Below, in pieces: positions 19,659-29,851 of a stretch of DNA of 64,000 nucleotides. Position 1 is the first letter of the stretch. Every line of letters begins with the position of its first letter. The stretch is taken from the NCBI GenBank assembly GCA_963728205.1, contig CAVSIV010000006.1:768001-832000 (forward strand), in the 5' to 3' direction. Source of the DNA: an uncultured Chloroflexia bacterium (lineage in GTDB: Bacteria > Chloroflexota > Dehalococcoidia > UBA2979). The notes below the pieces were generated by a model that saw only the letters and a list, made by a program, of their open reading frames with translations, had not been told where the DNA came from and made no database searches. A program made the position numbers and the translations under genes.

Positions 19659-20948
19659 GTGACGGTGGAATCAGCCCAAGGCCTGGCCGAGGAACTCGCG
19701 CAGCTCTGGTCGCACTACGACCTCGACGCTCTCACCAGCGATGCTGCCCAGTACCTGAGCGCCGGCACGGCTACCGACTGGGGACTGTCGTCGCGCGACG
19801 GCATGTCGGCTTCCATCATCTCGCTCGGCGGCGGCATCCCGGATCCGGCGAGCCTGCCCCGTCGCGAGCTCGTCGACGCCATGAACCGCGCGCTCTCCGT
19901 CCCGGACGACGGCCCGCTGCGCTACGGCGGCGGCGTCGGCTACGAGCCGCTGCGCGTCGCGCTGGCCGAGCGCTACACGCGCGACCGCGGCCTGCCCGTC
20001 GGCCCCGAGCACTTCACGCTCACGAACGGCAGCGCCGGCGCGATCGACCTCGTGTGCGCGGCGTTCATCTCGCCCGGCGACGTCGTGATCGCCGAGGCGC
20101 CCACCTTCTCCGGCTCGCTGCGCACCTTCCGCGGTCACCAGGCGGAGGTCGTCACCGTCGGTATGGACCACCAGGGCATGCACACCGACGAGCTCGAGGC
20201 GACCGTCGAACGCCTGCTCGCGCAGGGCAAGCGCGTCAAGCTCATCTACACGATCACGAACTTCCACAACCCCATGGGCGCCGCGATGACGATGGCGCGC
20301 CGGGAGCACCTGCTCCGCATCGCCGCGCGCCACGGCATCCTCGTGCTCGACGACGACGCGTACGGCGACATCTACTTCGGCGAGGCGGCCCCGCGCGCGC
20401 TCTCGGCGCTGTCGGGCGGCCACGGCGTGATCACCGCCGGGACGTTCTCGAAGATGATCGCCACCGGCATCCGCGTCGGCTGGATCCACGCGAACCCCGA
20501 GATCATCGAGCGCTGCACGCGCATGCGCTTCGAGATGGGCAACAGCCCGCTGCTCCACCGCATGCTGTTCGAGTACATGAAGGACGGCGCGCTGGACCAG
20601 CACCTCGAGACGGTGCGCGCGCTGTACGCCGAGAAGCTCGACATCCTCACGACCGCACTCCACGAGTACTGCGAGCCCTACCTCTCCTGGAAGAAGCCGC
20701 AGGGCGGGTTCTTCCTCTGGGTCTCGCTGCGCGACGGCTTGAAGGCCGACCGCCTGCAGGAGATCGGGCTCGAGGAGGGCATCTCGTTCCCGCTCGGCTA
20801 CGCGTTCTTCCCGGACCGCATCGACACGACCGGCGAGCACATCCGCCTCGCCTTCTCGTGGACGGCGAAAGAGGATCTCCGCGAGGCCGCCCGGCGCCTC
20901 GGTCGCGCCTGCGAGCGGGCGATGAACGCCGCGGAGGCCGGGAAGTAG
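19659..20948 (+). CDS. PLP-dependent class I aminotransferase (paralog of the upstream gene)
   Basis: ISLGGGIPDP, NFHNPMG, DDDAYG, GTFSKMIATGIRVGW, PQGGFFLW. Confidence 0.93.
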   Translation: MTVESAQGLAEELAQLWSHYDLDALTSDAAQYLSAGTATDWGLSSRDGMSASIISLGGGIPDPASLPRRELVDAMNRALSVPDDGPLRYGGGVGYEPLRVALAERYTRDRGLPVGPEHFTLTNGSAGAIDLVCAAFISPGDVVIAEAPTFSGSLRTFRGHQAEVVTVGMDHQGMHTDELEATVERLLAQGKRVKLIYTITNFHNPMGAAMTMARREHLLRIAARHGILVLDDDAYGDIYFGEAAPRALSALSGGHGVITAGTFSKMIATGIRVGWIHANPEIIERCTRMRFEMGNSPLLHRMLFEYMKDGALDQHLETVRALYAEKLDILTTALHEYCEPYLSWKKPQGGFFLWVSLRDGLKADRLQEIGLEEGISFPLGYAFFPDRIDTTGEHIRLAFSWTAKEDLREAARRLGRACERAMNAAEAGK

Positions 20949-21078
20949 CGCCGGCGCGGGCGCGTCCCCCATCCCCCCTCGGCCCTCCCGGCGCAGCCTC
21001 GCCGAGCGATCGGCTACAGTGCGCCGCGTCACCGCGCCCGGCCTCGCCGCGCGTGCCGCACCGCTGAAGGAGGGGACG

Positions 21079-21366
21079 ATGCCGCAGCGCCGTGTGCCGC
21101 GCGCATTCACGCTGCCGTGGGGCAGCGGACAGGTCGTCGAGGAGGCCGCGATCGAGGGCGGACTGCACGCGCCGTCGCTGCAGCTCCTCAACTACGAGCG
21201 CGGCGAGAAGAAGGGCCAGGCGGCGATCCGCTTCGCGGCCTACAGCCAGGACGGCGAGCTCGAGCACCGCGCGCTGATCGTGAACGAGCGCGAATTTCAG
21301 GCGCTGCGCCGCGAGATCGCGCGGTCGCCCCGCCTCAAGGCGCTGCTCCGGCGGCTCGTCGACTGA
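21079..21366 (+). CDS. Hypothetical protein (95 aa)
   Basis: Strong AAGGAGG RBS; coding-like composition (FTLPWGSGQVVEEA..IRFAAY). Confidence 0.75.
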   Translation: MPQRRVPRAFTLPWGSGQVVEEAAIEGGLHAPSLQLLNYERGEKKGQAAIRFAAYSQDGELEHRALIVNEREFQALRREIARSPRLKALLRRLVD

Positions 21367-21846
21367 CCGGAACCCCGCCACCCGCCATCCGCGACGCGCG
21401 CCGCGGCGACCGCCGCGCGCTGCGCGACCTCAGCCGGCGCGCACTCGCCGGCAGCGGCGGCGAGGTCGCCGACCCGCGCTGGGATCGCGACCTCCTCGAC
21501 GTCGACGCCGCCTACATGCGCGACGGCGGCGCATTCCTCGTCGCGGTCGAACGCGGACGCATCGTCGCGATGGGCGGCCTGCGCCGGCTCGACGCCGGCC
21601 GCTTCGAGGTCGTGCGCATGCGGGTCGCACCCGACCGCCGGCGCCGCGGACTCGCGCGCGTGGTCCTCGCGGCGCTCGAGACGCGCCGCGCGGGCCGGCG
21701 CCCGCGAGCTCGTGCTCGAGACCACCGTCGCCCAGCGCCCCGCCCGCGCGCTCTACGCGCACGCCGGCTACCGCGTCGCGCGACGCCGCCGCCGCCGGAT
21801 CGGCGACGCGGTGTTCGACGTCATGGAGTACGCAAAGCCGCTCTGA
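21363..21846 (+). CDS. GNAT acetyltransferase, frameshifted near 21685; start uncertain
   Basis: FLVAVERGRIVAMGG..RMRVAPDRRRRGLAR (acetyl-CoA motif A); continues in another frame as LETTVAQRPARALYAHAGY. Confidence 0.78.
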
Positions 21847-21971
21847 CCGCCGCACGCGCGGCGCGGCGGCCCGCCAAATTTCCACAGCCTCTGTGTATGC
21901 TGGCGTACGGTACATAGTGTTATGTTGGTGCCTATACTTCGCGCGCGGCCGGTTACGGATGGACGCGCGTT

Positions 21972-23186
21972 ATGCCCGACTCCCCACGGGCCACGCCGGC
22001 GTCGCCGGTGGGCCTCGGCCAGCCCCGGCAACGCCTGCGTGAGCTCTCCCACCTCATCCGCTCGTTCAGCGAACTCGTCATCGTCGTCGACGAACACCTG
22101 CACGTCGTCGAGTGCGACGGCCCCGTCGAGCGCCTGTGGGGGATCGAGCGCGCGGAGCTCCTCGGCGAGACCATCCCGACGATGACGCGGCGGCTGGCGT
22201 TGCTGGACGGCGAGGGTGGAGCCATCCCGATCGATCATGCCCCCACCGCCCGTGCCCTCGCGGCCGGGCATGCCCAGGTCGACCCGATCATCGGCATCCG
22301 GCGCCCCGATGGCAGCGTGCGCTGGGCGCACGTCGTCGCGACGCCAACGCCCGCCGCGGACGGGCGGCCCGGGGGCGTGACCAGCATCTGGACCGACCTC
22401 ACCCCCATCGTCGAGCACGACACGTCCGAGGAGCGCGTTCGCGAGCGGACGGCCGTCCTCGAGTCGACGGTCGCCGAGCTCGAGGCGTTCAGCTACACGG
22501 TCTCGCACGACCTGCGCGGTCCGTCGCGCGCCATCGGCACGATGGTCGACGTGCTGCTGGAGCAGTCGGGCGAGCGCCTGGACGACGACGGCCGCGAGCT
22601 GCTGGGCCGCATCCGCGACACGGCCTCGCGGATGGACGCGCTGACGAGCGTGCTGCTCGAGCTCGCCGCGGTCGCCCGCGCCGAACCGCGCCGCGTGCCG
22701 CTCGACCTCGGCGCGATCGCGCGGGAGGAGCTCGCGGCGCTGCAGGCTGCGCAGCGCGATCGCGTCGTACGGTGCGACGTCGACGACGCGCTCTGCGCCA
22801 GCGCCGACGAGTCGCTCGTCCGCGTCGTCCTCCACAATCTGCTGAGCAACGCCTGGAAGTTCACGGCGCCGCGGCACGCCGGCCACATCCACGTGGGAGC
22901 GCGCGACGTCGACGGCGAGCCGGTGTTCTTCGTCCACGACAACGGCGTGGGGTTCGACCCGGCCGATGCCGATCGGCTGTTCCTCCCGTTCGAGCGGCTG
23001 CATCGCGAGCACGCGTTCGAAGGCACCGGCGTCGGCCTGGCCACGGTGCGACGCGTGATCGCGCGCCACGACGGGCGCGTGTGGGCGGAGGGCGTGCCGG
23101 GCCGGGGTGCGACCTTCTTCTTCACGCTCGCGCCGCCACCCGTCACGACGGCCTGCGCGTTGCTGGCGGACGGCGCGGAGCGGTAG
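21972..23186 (+). CDS. PAS-domain sensor histidine kinase
   Basis: RRPDGSVRW PAC motif; ELEAFSYTVSHDLRGP; NLLSNAWKF; DNGVGF; GTGVGLA. Confidence 0.92.
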   Translation: MPDSPRATPASPVGLGQPRQRLRELSHLIRSFSELVIVVDEHLHVVECDGPVERLWGIERAELLGETIPTMTRRLALLDGEGGAIPIDHAPTARALAAGHAQVDPIIGIRRPDGSVRWAHVVATPTPAADGRPGGVTSIWTDLTPIVEHDTSEERVRERTAVLESTVAELEAFSYTVSHDLRGPSRAIGTMVDVLLEQSGERLDDDGRELLGRIRDTASRMDALTSVLLELAAVARAEPRRVPLDLGAIAREELAALQAAQRDRVVRCDVDDALCASADESLVRVVLHNLLSNAWKFTAPRHAGHIHVGARDVDGEPVFFVHDNGVGFDPADADRLFLPFERLHREHAFEGTGVGLATVRRVIARHDGRVWAEGVPGRGATFFFTLAPPPVTTACALLADGAER

Positions 23187-23232
23187 CCTCGATCCGAACC
23201 CGTTTCGCCCCCGCAACACCCCGGAGGCCGGC

Positions 23233-24078
23233 ATGACGAGCCAGGTCGTCGTCGACGCGTCGGATACCACGTTTCAGCAGGATGTCATTGAGCGTTCGCG
23301 GCACGTCCCGGTCGTGGTCGACTTCTGGGCGCCGTGGTGCGGGCCGTGCCGGACGCTTGGGCCGCTGATCGAGCGCGTGGCCGCCGAGTCGGGCGGCGCG
23401 GTGCAGCTCGTGAAGGTGAACATCGACGAGAACCCGGGCGTCGCGACGACGTTCGGCATTCAGAGCATCCCCAACGTGATCGCGTTCCGCGACGGGGCGC
23501 CGGCGGCGCAGTTCGTGGGCGCGCAGCCCGAGCCCGCGGTGCGCCAGTTCTTCCAGGGACTCGTCCCGACGCAGGCCGACCGGCTCGCCGAACAGGGCGC
23601 GCGCGCGCTCGGCGCCGGCGACCTCGACGCCGCGCGCGCGGCGTTCGAGCAGGCGCTCGGCGTCGACGCGGAGCACCGCGGCGCTTCCATCGGGCTCGCG
23701 GCAATCCTGCTCGAGACGGGCGACCTCGACCGGGCCGAAGAGCTGTCGGCGCGCTGGCCGCGCGACGTCAACGCGAAGCGCATCCTCGGCCACGTGCACT
23801 TCCGGCGCGCGGCGGGCGGCGCCGATCGCGCCGCGCTGGAAGCGCGCCTCGCGGCCGACGACAACGATGCCGACGCGCACTATCGCCTCGGCGCGCTGCT
23901 CGCGCTCGACGGCGAGTGGGAGCCGGCACTCGAGCACCTGCTGACGACGGTCATGCTCGACCGCAAGCTCGACGACGATGGCGGCCGCCTGCGCATGCTC
24001 GACGCGTTCTCGCTCATGGGCGACGACCACGAACTGACGCAGGAGTTCCGGCGCCGCCTCGCGAACGTGCTGTTCTAG
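23233..24078 (+). CDS. Thioredoxin-TPR protein (YbbN/CnoX-like)
   Basis: VVVDFWAPWCGPC, then TPR helices and the C-terminal FRRRLANVLF. Confidence 0.92.
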   Translation: MTSQVVVDASDTTFQQDVIERSRHVPVVVDFWAPWCGPCRTLGPLIERVAAESGGAVQLVKVNIDENPGVATTFGIQSIPNVIAFRDGAPAAQFVGAQPEPAVRQFFQGLVPTQADRLAEQGARALGAGDLDAARAAFEQALGVDAEHRGASIGLAAILLETGDLDRAEELSARWPRDVNAKRILGHVHFRRAAGGADRAALEARLAADDNDADAHYRLGALLALDGEWEPALEHLLTTVMLDRKLDDDGGRLRMLDAFSLMGDDHELTQEFRRRLANVLF

Positions 24079-24086
24079 GCACGCTG

Positions 24087-24974
24087 GTGAGCGCGCGGCA
24101 GGTCGCCTTCAAACAGGTCGACGTCTTCACGGACCGGCCGTTCTTCGGCAACCCCGTAGCGGTAGTGCTCGACGCGCGCGACCTCGCGGATGGCGACATG
24201 CAGCGCATCGCGGCGTGGACGAACCTCTCCGAGACGACCTTCGTCCTGCCGTCGGACCGCGCCGACTACCGGCTACGCATCTTCTCGCCGCGCGGCGAGC
24301 TGCCGTTCGCGGGGCACCCGACGGTCGGGTCGGCGCACGCCGTGATCGAGGCCGGCATCGCTGTGCCACGCGGTCCGGGCGACGGCACGGGGATGCTCAC
24401 GCAGGAGTGCGCCGCGGGGCTGATCGCGCTGCGCGCCGAGGGTGCGCGCATCGTCGCGACGGTGCCGCCACCGAAGGTCGTGCGCGAGGCCGCGGTCGTC
24501 GCGGCCGACGTGGCGAGCGCGCTGGGCGCGCCGCTCGCGGCGCAACCGGCGCCGCTCGCGATCGACGTCGGGCCGGTGTGGCTGATCGCACAGGTGGCGT
24601 CGGCGGAGGCGTTGAGCCGCGCGGCGCCGGACCTCGGCGCCGTCGAGGCGCTGAGCCGCGCGCTGGGCGTGACGGGTGTCACGGCGTTCGCCTTCGAGCA
24701 GGGCGCCGAGCCGGGCGCGCCCCGCCTGCGCGTGCGTTCCTTCGCGCCCGTGGCGGGCGTGCCCGAGGATCCGGTATGCGGCAGCGGCAACGCCGCCGTC
24801 GGCGCCTACCTCGGCGCGACCGGGTTGCTCGCCCGCACCGGTGCCGCCTACGTGGCGTCGCAGGGCCGCGAGCTGGGCCGCGACGGCGCGGTGGCCGTCG
24901 AGGTCCGCGGCCACGAGGTGTCAATCGGCGGCGCGGCGGTCACGGTGATCGAGGGCACGATCCGGCTCGCGTAA
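24087..24974 (+). CDS. PhzF family isomerase/epimerase
   Basis: QVDVFT..GNPVAV, NLSETTF, ELPFAGHPT, EDPVCGSGN. Confidence 0.92.
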   Translation: MSARQVAFKQVDVFTDRPFFGNPVAVVLDARDLADGDMQRIAAWTNLSETTFVLPSDRADYRLRIFSPRGELPFAGHPTVGSAHAVIEAGIAVPRGPGDGTGMLTQECAAGLIALRAEGARIVATVPPPKVVREAAVVAADVASALGAPLAAQPAPLAIDVGPVWLIAQVASAEALSRAAPDLGAVEALSRALGVTGVTAFAFEQGAEPGAPRLRVRSFAPVAGVPEDPVCGSGNAAVGAYLGATGLLARTGAAYVASQGRELGRDGAVAVEVRGHEVSIGGAAVTVIEGTIRLA

Positions 24975-25002
24975 CCGGCCACGCGCGATACGCGTCGCCC
25001 CG

Positions 25003-25891
25003 CGTCGAGCGGCAGTTGGCAGACTGCCGATCTCTCCCAACCCTGCGCACGCCGCGAAGCGTGTCGGCGCGCCCTCACCGTCCGCCCGACAATCTCAGAG
25101 CCGCCCGAGAAGCTCCTTCCACTCCGCTTCGACCCACAGCGCGAGGCACCCCTTCTGCTCCGCCACGTACCGCACGCCCGCGCCCACCGCGAGTTCGCTC
25201 CGCAACACGCGTCGCGACCCGCCCTGCGTCCACCAGGCGACGCGCCGCCCGTACGCGCGGTTCAGCTCGCGGGCCCCGAACGCCTTGAACCGTCCCAGCG
25301 CAGCGAGCGCTTCCTCGGTGTCGCCCGGCGGCGGCAGCCCGACGACGAGGTGAACGTGGTTCGCCATCACCGCGGCCACGAGGAGAGGCCAGCGCTGGAT
25401 CCGCGCGGTCGCGCGTATTTCACCGAGCACCGTGTGCGCCTGGGAAGCCGTCAGCAGCACCGGCGGCTCTCGCAGCGCGTCGAGGGCCGCCCGCCGCAAC
25501 GCGGGGTTGTCGCGGTCGAGCGGCGTACCCGGCGTGTTGTGCCGCGTGCGTTCGCCGGAGGGTCGGCGGACCGTGCTCACGAAGCCGCGCCGGTCGCCGG
25601 GGAGGCGCGTCGCGTTGGTGGTCCAGGTGAGCAGCCAGTAGCGGTGTTCCACGACGACGGGTATGCACCGACGAGGTGCGGGCGAACAGGGGGGCCATCA
25701 GATTTCGGGGGCAACATTCGAGCGGCAGCCGGGAGGGTGCCGATCGCCCCCGCGGCAGCCCCGACGCACCGTTCGCCCGCGCGGCAGCCGCGACGCGCCG
25801 ATCGCCCCGCGACGGCCGGGGCGCGCCGACACGCTCGGCGGTTCAGCACGCGGTTGGGAGAGATCGGCAGTCTGCCAACTGCCGCTCGACG
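25003..25891. mobile_element. REPtron 2: RAYT gene flanked by perfect 40-bp inverted REP-B arms, plus an internal REP-B copy (~25718-25745)
   Basis: cgtcgagcggcagttggcagactgccgatctctcccaacc (25003-25042) is the reverse complement of 25852-25891; a sub-terminal IR agcgtgtcggcgcgc / gcgcgccgacacgct is also present. Confidence 0.88.
25095..25652 (-). CDS. Second REP-associated tyrosine transposase (RAYT, HUH Y1)
   Basis: WLLTWTT..LPGDRRG, VMANHVHL, FK..GAR.LN, WWTQGGSRR, GVRYVAEQ; homologous to RAYT1. Confidence 0.88.
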   Translation of the reverse strand: MEHRYWLLTWTTNATRLPGDRRGFVSTVRRPSGERTRHNTPGTPLDRDNPALRRAALDALREPPVLLTASQAHTVLGEIRATARIQRWPLLVAAVMANHVHLVVGLPPPGDTEEALAALGRFKAFGARELNRAYGRRVAWWTQGGSRRVLRSELAVGAGVRYVAEQKGCLALWVEAEWKELLGRL

Positions 25892-25985
25892 TGCGGCGAT
25901 GTGCGGCGATGTGCGGCGATGTGGGCATGTGCGGCGATGTGCGGCGATGTGCGGCGATGTGCGGCGATGTGCGGCGATGTGCGGC
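25891..25985. repeat. 10-bp tandem repeat (gtgcggcgat): 8 perfect copies, 1 variant, 1 partial
   Basis: Runs from the outer end of the REP-B arm to the rnhA stop codon. Confidence 0.95.
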
Positions 25986-26566
25986 TACACCTCTGCGCGC
26001 AGGTACGCCGTCGCGAGCGAGTCGGCGTACTCGTTCCATCGCGAACCGTCGTGCGCGCGGATCCACTGGATGCGCACGTGCGGGCGCTCGCGGAAGAGCG
26101 CGTAGGCGCGCTGCACGAGCTCGAGGTTCTTCACCTCGCCGTCGCGACGACGCCACCCGTTGCGCGCCCAGCCCGCCGCCCACTTCGTCAGGGTGTCGAC
26201 GACCAGCCGGCTGTCGGTGTAGACGTCGAGCGCCTCGTCGGGCGCGATCATCGAGAGCCCCGCGATCATCGCCGTCAGCTCCATGCGGTTGTTCGTCGTG
26301 CTCGGGTCGGCGCCGTGCTGCGCATCGACGACCTCGCCGTCGCGCACGCGCACCGCTCCCCAGCCGCCGGGGCCGGGATTGCCCGAGCACGAGCCGTCCG
26401 TGAAGACGCCGGTGGAGGGGCCGTCGTGGAAGCGCGAGAGGACCTGCGCGGTTGTGAGCAACTGGCCGTACGACGCCGACGCGCCGGGACGTCCGCCGCG
26501 CGGCCGCCCGGCGGGGCGCGCTGCCGGGCGCGGCCGCGCCGACCAGCCGCCGCCGCGGCTACTCAA
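25985..26566 (-). CDS. rnhA: Ribonuclease HI
   Basis: FTDGSCSGNPGPGGWG, TTNNRMEL, YTDS, W..NGW, VKNLEL, WIRAH..WNEYADSLA. Confidence 0.93.
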   Translation of the reverse strand: MSSRGGGWSARPRPAARPAGRPRGGRPGASASYGQLLTTAQVLSRFHDGPSTGVFTDGSCSGNPGPGGWGAVRVRDGEVVDAQHGADPSTTNNRMELTAMIAGLSMIAPDEALDVYTDSRLVVDTLTKWAAGWARNGWRRRDGEVKNLELVQRAYALFRERPHVRIQWIRAHDGSRWNEYADSLATAYLRAEV

Positions 26567-28103
26567 GGCTGATCCCGTTGTAGAGCATCGCGGGATCCCC
26601 CTTGAACACGTCGCTTTCGAGGTTCGCCAGCACCACCACCGGCCGGTCCGAGACGATCACCGCGCTCCCCACCCAGCCGTCCGGCAGCCGGTGATCCTCC
26701 CACTGCCGGAACGTCGCCTGGCCCGGGACGATCTCCGGGTCGCCGATCAGCCCCGTCGGGAACTGCTTCGAGTAGTAGACGACGTGGACGTGCGCCGTGG
26801 AGCCGTCGAACGTGAGGACGCGGAACCACGAGTTCCAGCCCTTGCTCGCCCCGAACGGACCGTAGTTCTTGTCCATCACCGGCAGCACGACCTGCTTCGA
26901 CGCCTCCGCCGCGGAGAAGCCGCGGTACGTCGAGAACGCCCCGCTGGGCGACACGCGCTCCACGACCACCGCGATCGGCTCCACCGCCTGCATGCGCACG
27001 TGGCCGATGAACGTGCTGGGCAGCGACTTGTCGGCGGACAGGCAGCCGGCGGCGGCGTCCCGCGCCTGGTCGCAGGTGAGCGAGCCGTCGACCGTCACCG
27101 TGTTCTCGATCTCCACCGCGTTGCCCTGGCCGTCCGTGCCCTCGAAGCGCAGCGTCACCTGGTTGGGGACGCTCGGGTCGCCGCTCATGATGCGGAACCG
27201 CGTCGTCCAGCTCGACTGCCCCTCGGTGCCGTTGCGGTCGACCATCGGCAGGACGATGACGCGGTTCACCTCGTCGCTGTTGATGCCGCGGTACGTGCCG
27301 ATGCCGGCGCGGTTGCGGTCACGCGTGTCGACCATGAGCGATGGCAGCTGATCGTTCGCGGCGACGCCGCTGTCCGTGGGGAAGGTCTTCACCACCGCGG
27401 CGCCGTCGAAGCCGACCGGGACCGGCAGCGACTTCTCGTCGCGCAGCAGCGTGGCGTGGGGCGCGAGCAGCGTGCCGCCCTGCGCACAGCCCGGCGTGCC
27501 CGCCGGCGGGTCCTGCGCCGCCGGGGCCATCTTGCCCTCGGGGTAGTAGCGCAGCTGCACGCACGCCGCCTTGTCCGCGCTCGTGTTCTCGATGGTGAGA
27601 CGCGAGACGTAGTCCTTCGTGTTCACGACGAGCGGGGCGTACTGCGACGGCGTCGGCGAGCCGAGCCGCAGGCTGTCGCCGCTGATCTCGAAGGTGCCGT
27701 CCGTGCGCATCACGTCGCGCGCCATCAACGTGACGAACGGCTGGTCGACGGTGATGTGCCCGGAGCCGCGGTACCCGGTGGGAAGCTCGGTGTTCGTCTG
27801 CTGGAAGAAGGTCCAGCCAAAGCCGGGCTGGAGCGCGGGGCAGGCGTCGTTGTCGGGACAGGTGTCGCCGCTGACGCGATGGCCGGCCATGTCGTAGTAG
27901 TCGACCTGGATGTTCGCGGGCGAGTTGCCGACGTTCTGGACGCGCACCCACGAGTTCTCGTCGCCGAGGTCGATGGCCTGCGACGCGGAGCGGGAGGTGT
28001 CCGAGATCAGCGCGGCGAGCACCACCGCCAGCGCGAGCATCGCGGCCACGCCCACGCGCGGCGAGACGCGGGGCAGGCGCTGAAGCAGTCCGGGCACGGG
28101 CAA
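26559..28103 (-). CDS. Large secreted/surface hypothetical protein with internal beta-rich repeats
   Basis: N-terminal hydrophobic signal; recurring modules (WVRVQNVG..QVDYYD / SRLTIENT..QLRYY / WFRVL..HVVYY; ..GSAVIVSD.PV). Confidence 0.75.
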   Translation of the reverse strand: MPVPGLLQRLPRVSPRVGVAAMLALAVVLAALISDTSRSASQAIDLGDENSWVRVQNVGNSPANIQVDYYDMAGHRVSGDTCPDNDACPALQPGFGWTFFQQTNTELPTGYRGSGHITVDQPFVTLMARDVMRTDGTFEISGDSLRLGSPTPSQYAPLVVNTKDYVSRLTIENTSADKAACVQLRYYPEGKMAPAAQDPPAGTPGCAQGGTLLAPHATLLRDEKSLPVPVGFDGAAVVKTFPTDSGVAANDQLPSLMVDTRDRNRAGIGTYRGINSDEVNRVIVLPMVDRNGTEGQSSWTTRFRIMSGDPSVPNQVTLRFEGTDGQGNAVEIENTVTVDGSLTCDQARDAAAGCLSADKSLPSTFIGHVRMQAVEPIAVVVERVSPSGAFSTYRGFSAAEASKQVVLPVMDKNYGPFGASKGWNSWFRVLTFDGSTAHVHVVYYSKQFPTGLIGDPEIVPGQATFRQWEDHRLPDGWVGSAVIVSDRPVVVLANLESDVFKGDPAMLYNGISLE

Positions 28104-28414
28104 CGCAGCCTCTCCCCCCGCCGCCGCGGATCATAGGGGATGGGTCCGCTTCGGGCCCCCGCACGATGACGTGAGAATCCCCGCATCTCTCTCGGCACGA
28201 CATCTCCACGGACCCGGCATCTTCACGGGCAAGCTGGGCGACTCCGCTGATGCGGGCTCGGCCGCCGCCGGCGGCTCTCGGATGCGTCGCCGGTGGCACG
28301 GCGTCGCGCATGCCGGCGCCCCGGGTCGGCCCGCCGCGTCGCTCCGGAGCGTCGATGGCGCGCTGATTGCCCCGCTGCTACAATCGCCGTCCCGGTCGCA
28401 CCGCGACCCGCGCG

Positions 28415-28491
28415 CGGGGTGTAGCTCAGCCTGGCAGAGCGCTTCGTTCGGGACGAAGAGGCCCCCAGTTCAAATCTGGGCACCCCGACCA
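28415..28491 (+). tRNA. tRNA-Pro(CGG)
   Basis: cggggtg acceptor stem pairing with caccccg-acca; anticodon arm cttcg-TT CGG GA-cgaag; GTTCAAAT T-loop. Confidence 0.96.
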
Positions 28492-28816
28492 TTCTTCACC
28501 GTCTTCCCCCTGCTTTCGTCCCTGTGCGTTACGTGCCGCGCACCGTATTCTCGCGGGCCTTCGTGCCGGAAGGGCGCGGGATCGGGGATCCTCCCAGCGT
28601 GGCAGGCGTGGCGCCGGGCCACGATAGCGAGGCGTTCTTTATGCCGTGCTGACGGCCTGACACGCACACTGTGGCGCCACGCGCGTTGACAGGGACAGGG
28701 CGCAACAACAGGGAAACCTTTTCAGGCAACAATCGTTCTTCGAGGAAAGCCCCGCGGCCCCCGGGCCGGCGAGGCGTGCCGGGGTCATCAGGACGCCGGG
28801 GTCTAGGATCAAATCA

Positions 28817-29746
28817 ATGGTGCAGAACGCAGAGCGGGCGGCGATCGTGGTCAGGAGTCGGAAGCAACGGGTCGAGGCGGCGATCGCTGCCGCGCTCGAG
28901 GGCGACTGGAAGCAGGCGGCCGCCGAGAACCGCGGCCTGCTCAACGAGAACCCGCGCGACGTCGAGGCGGCCAACCGTCTCGGCAAGGCGCTCACCGAGC
29001 TCGGGCAGAAGAAGCAGGCGATCGAGGCGTACCGCGCTGCCCTCGCGGCGGACCCGTCGAACGCGATCGCGCGCAAGAACATCGCGCGGCTCGAGGACAC
29101 GAAGGCGGTGAAGCCCCCGCGTGCCCGCCCCGCGGCGCCGCGCGAGATCGCGAAGGTCACGACCTCACTGATCGAGGCGTCCGACCGCGCGGCCGAGTTC
29201 GTGCTGCAGCAGGCCAACGGCCCGGCCCTGGCGAAGCTCGACCCGGGCGACGCCGCGCAGCTCGAGCCGAACGCGCGCGGGATCGCGGTGAAGAGCCTGA
29301 CGGGCGAGTTGCTCGGGTACATCGAGCCGCGCGCCGGCCTGCGCCTCCGCCGCATGATCGAGGGCGGCAACAAGTACGCCGCCGTGATCCGCGCGATCAC
29401 GAGCGACCACGGCGCCATCGTCCACGTGCGCGAGACCTACAAGCACCCGTCGCTCGTCGGCCAGGCCTCGTTCCTGCAGTCGCCGAACGCGCGCAAGCGG
29501 GTCTTCCGCGCGTACACGAAGAGCTCCGTCGTGCGCTATGACCGCGACACGGAGTTCGACGTGGACGAGTCCGAGGGACCCTCCGCCGACGCCTGGCGCC
29601 CGCGCGGCCGCGCACTCGCGGAGTCCGACGACGACGAGCAGGAGTCGACCCCGTTCTCCGACGACACGTTCGAGTCGGACGACGATGAGATCGAGCTCGA
29701 GGAGGACGACGACTCGGGCGCGGACGACGACGAGGAGGAGGAGTAG
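28817..29746 (+). CDS. TPR-domain protein with acidic C-terminal tail
   Basis: N-terminal TPR (DVEAANRLGKALTELG..AIEAYRAAL..DPSNAIARKN); D/E-rich tail. Confidence 0.82.
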   Translation: MVQNAERAAIVVRSRKQRVEAAIAAALEGDWKQAAAENRGLLNENPRDVEAANRLGKALTELGQKKQAIEAYRAALAADPSNAIARKNIARLEDTKAVKPPRARPAAPREIAKVTTSLIEASDRAAEFVLQQANGPALAKLDPGDAAQLEPNARGIAVKSLTGELLGYIEPRAGLRLRRMIEGGNKYAAVIRAITSDHGAIVHVRETYKHPSLVGQASFLQSPNARKRVFRAYTKSSVVRYDRDTEFDVDESEGPSADAWRPRGRALAESDDDEQESTPFSDDTFESDDDEIELEEDDDSGADDDEEEE

Positions 29747-29851
29747 CCGCGCGGCCGCTCCTTCGACGGCGCACACCACGGGCGGCCGGGCGATGAGCCC
29801 GGCCGCTGCAATCCCGGCTCCGGCGCGCGCCCGCCGCGTTACGATGCGGCG

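Noticed and set aside
28492-28816. Riboswitch or tRNA-integrated island after tRNA-Pro
   Set aside because: No recognisable aptamer consensus, integrase or duplicated tRNA 3' end; only a TTGACA -35-like hexamer.
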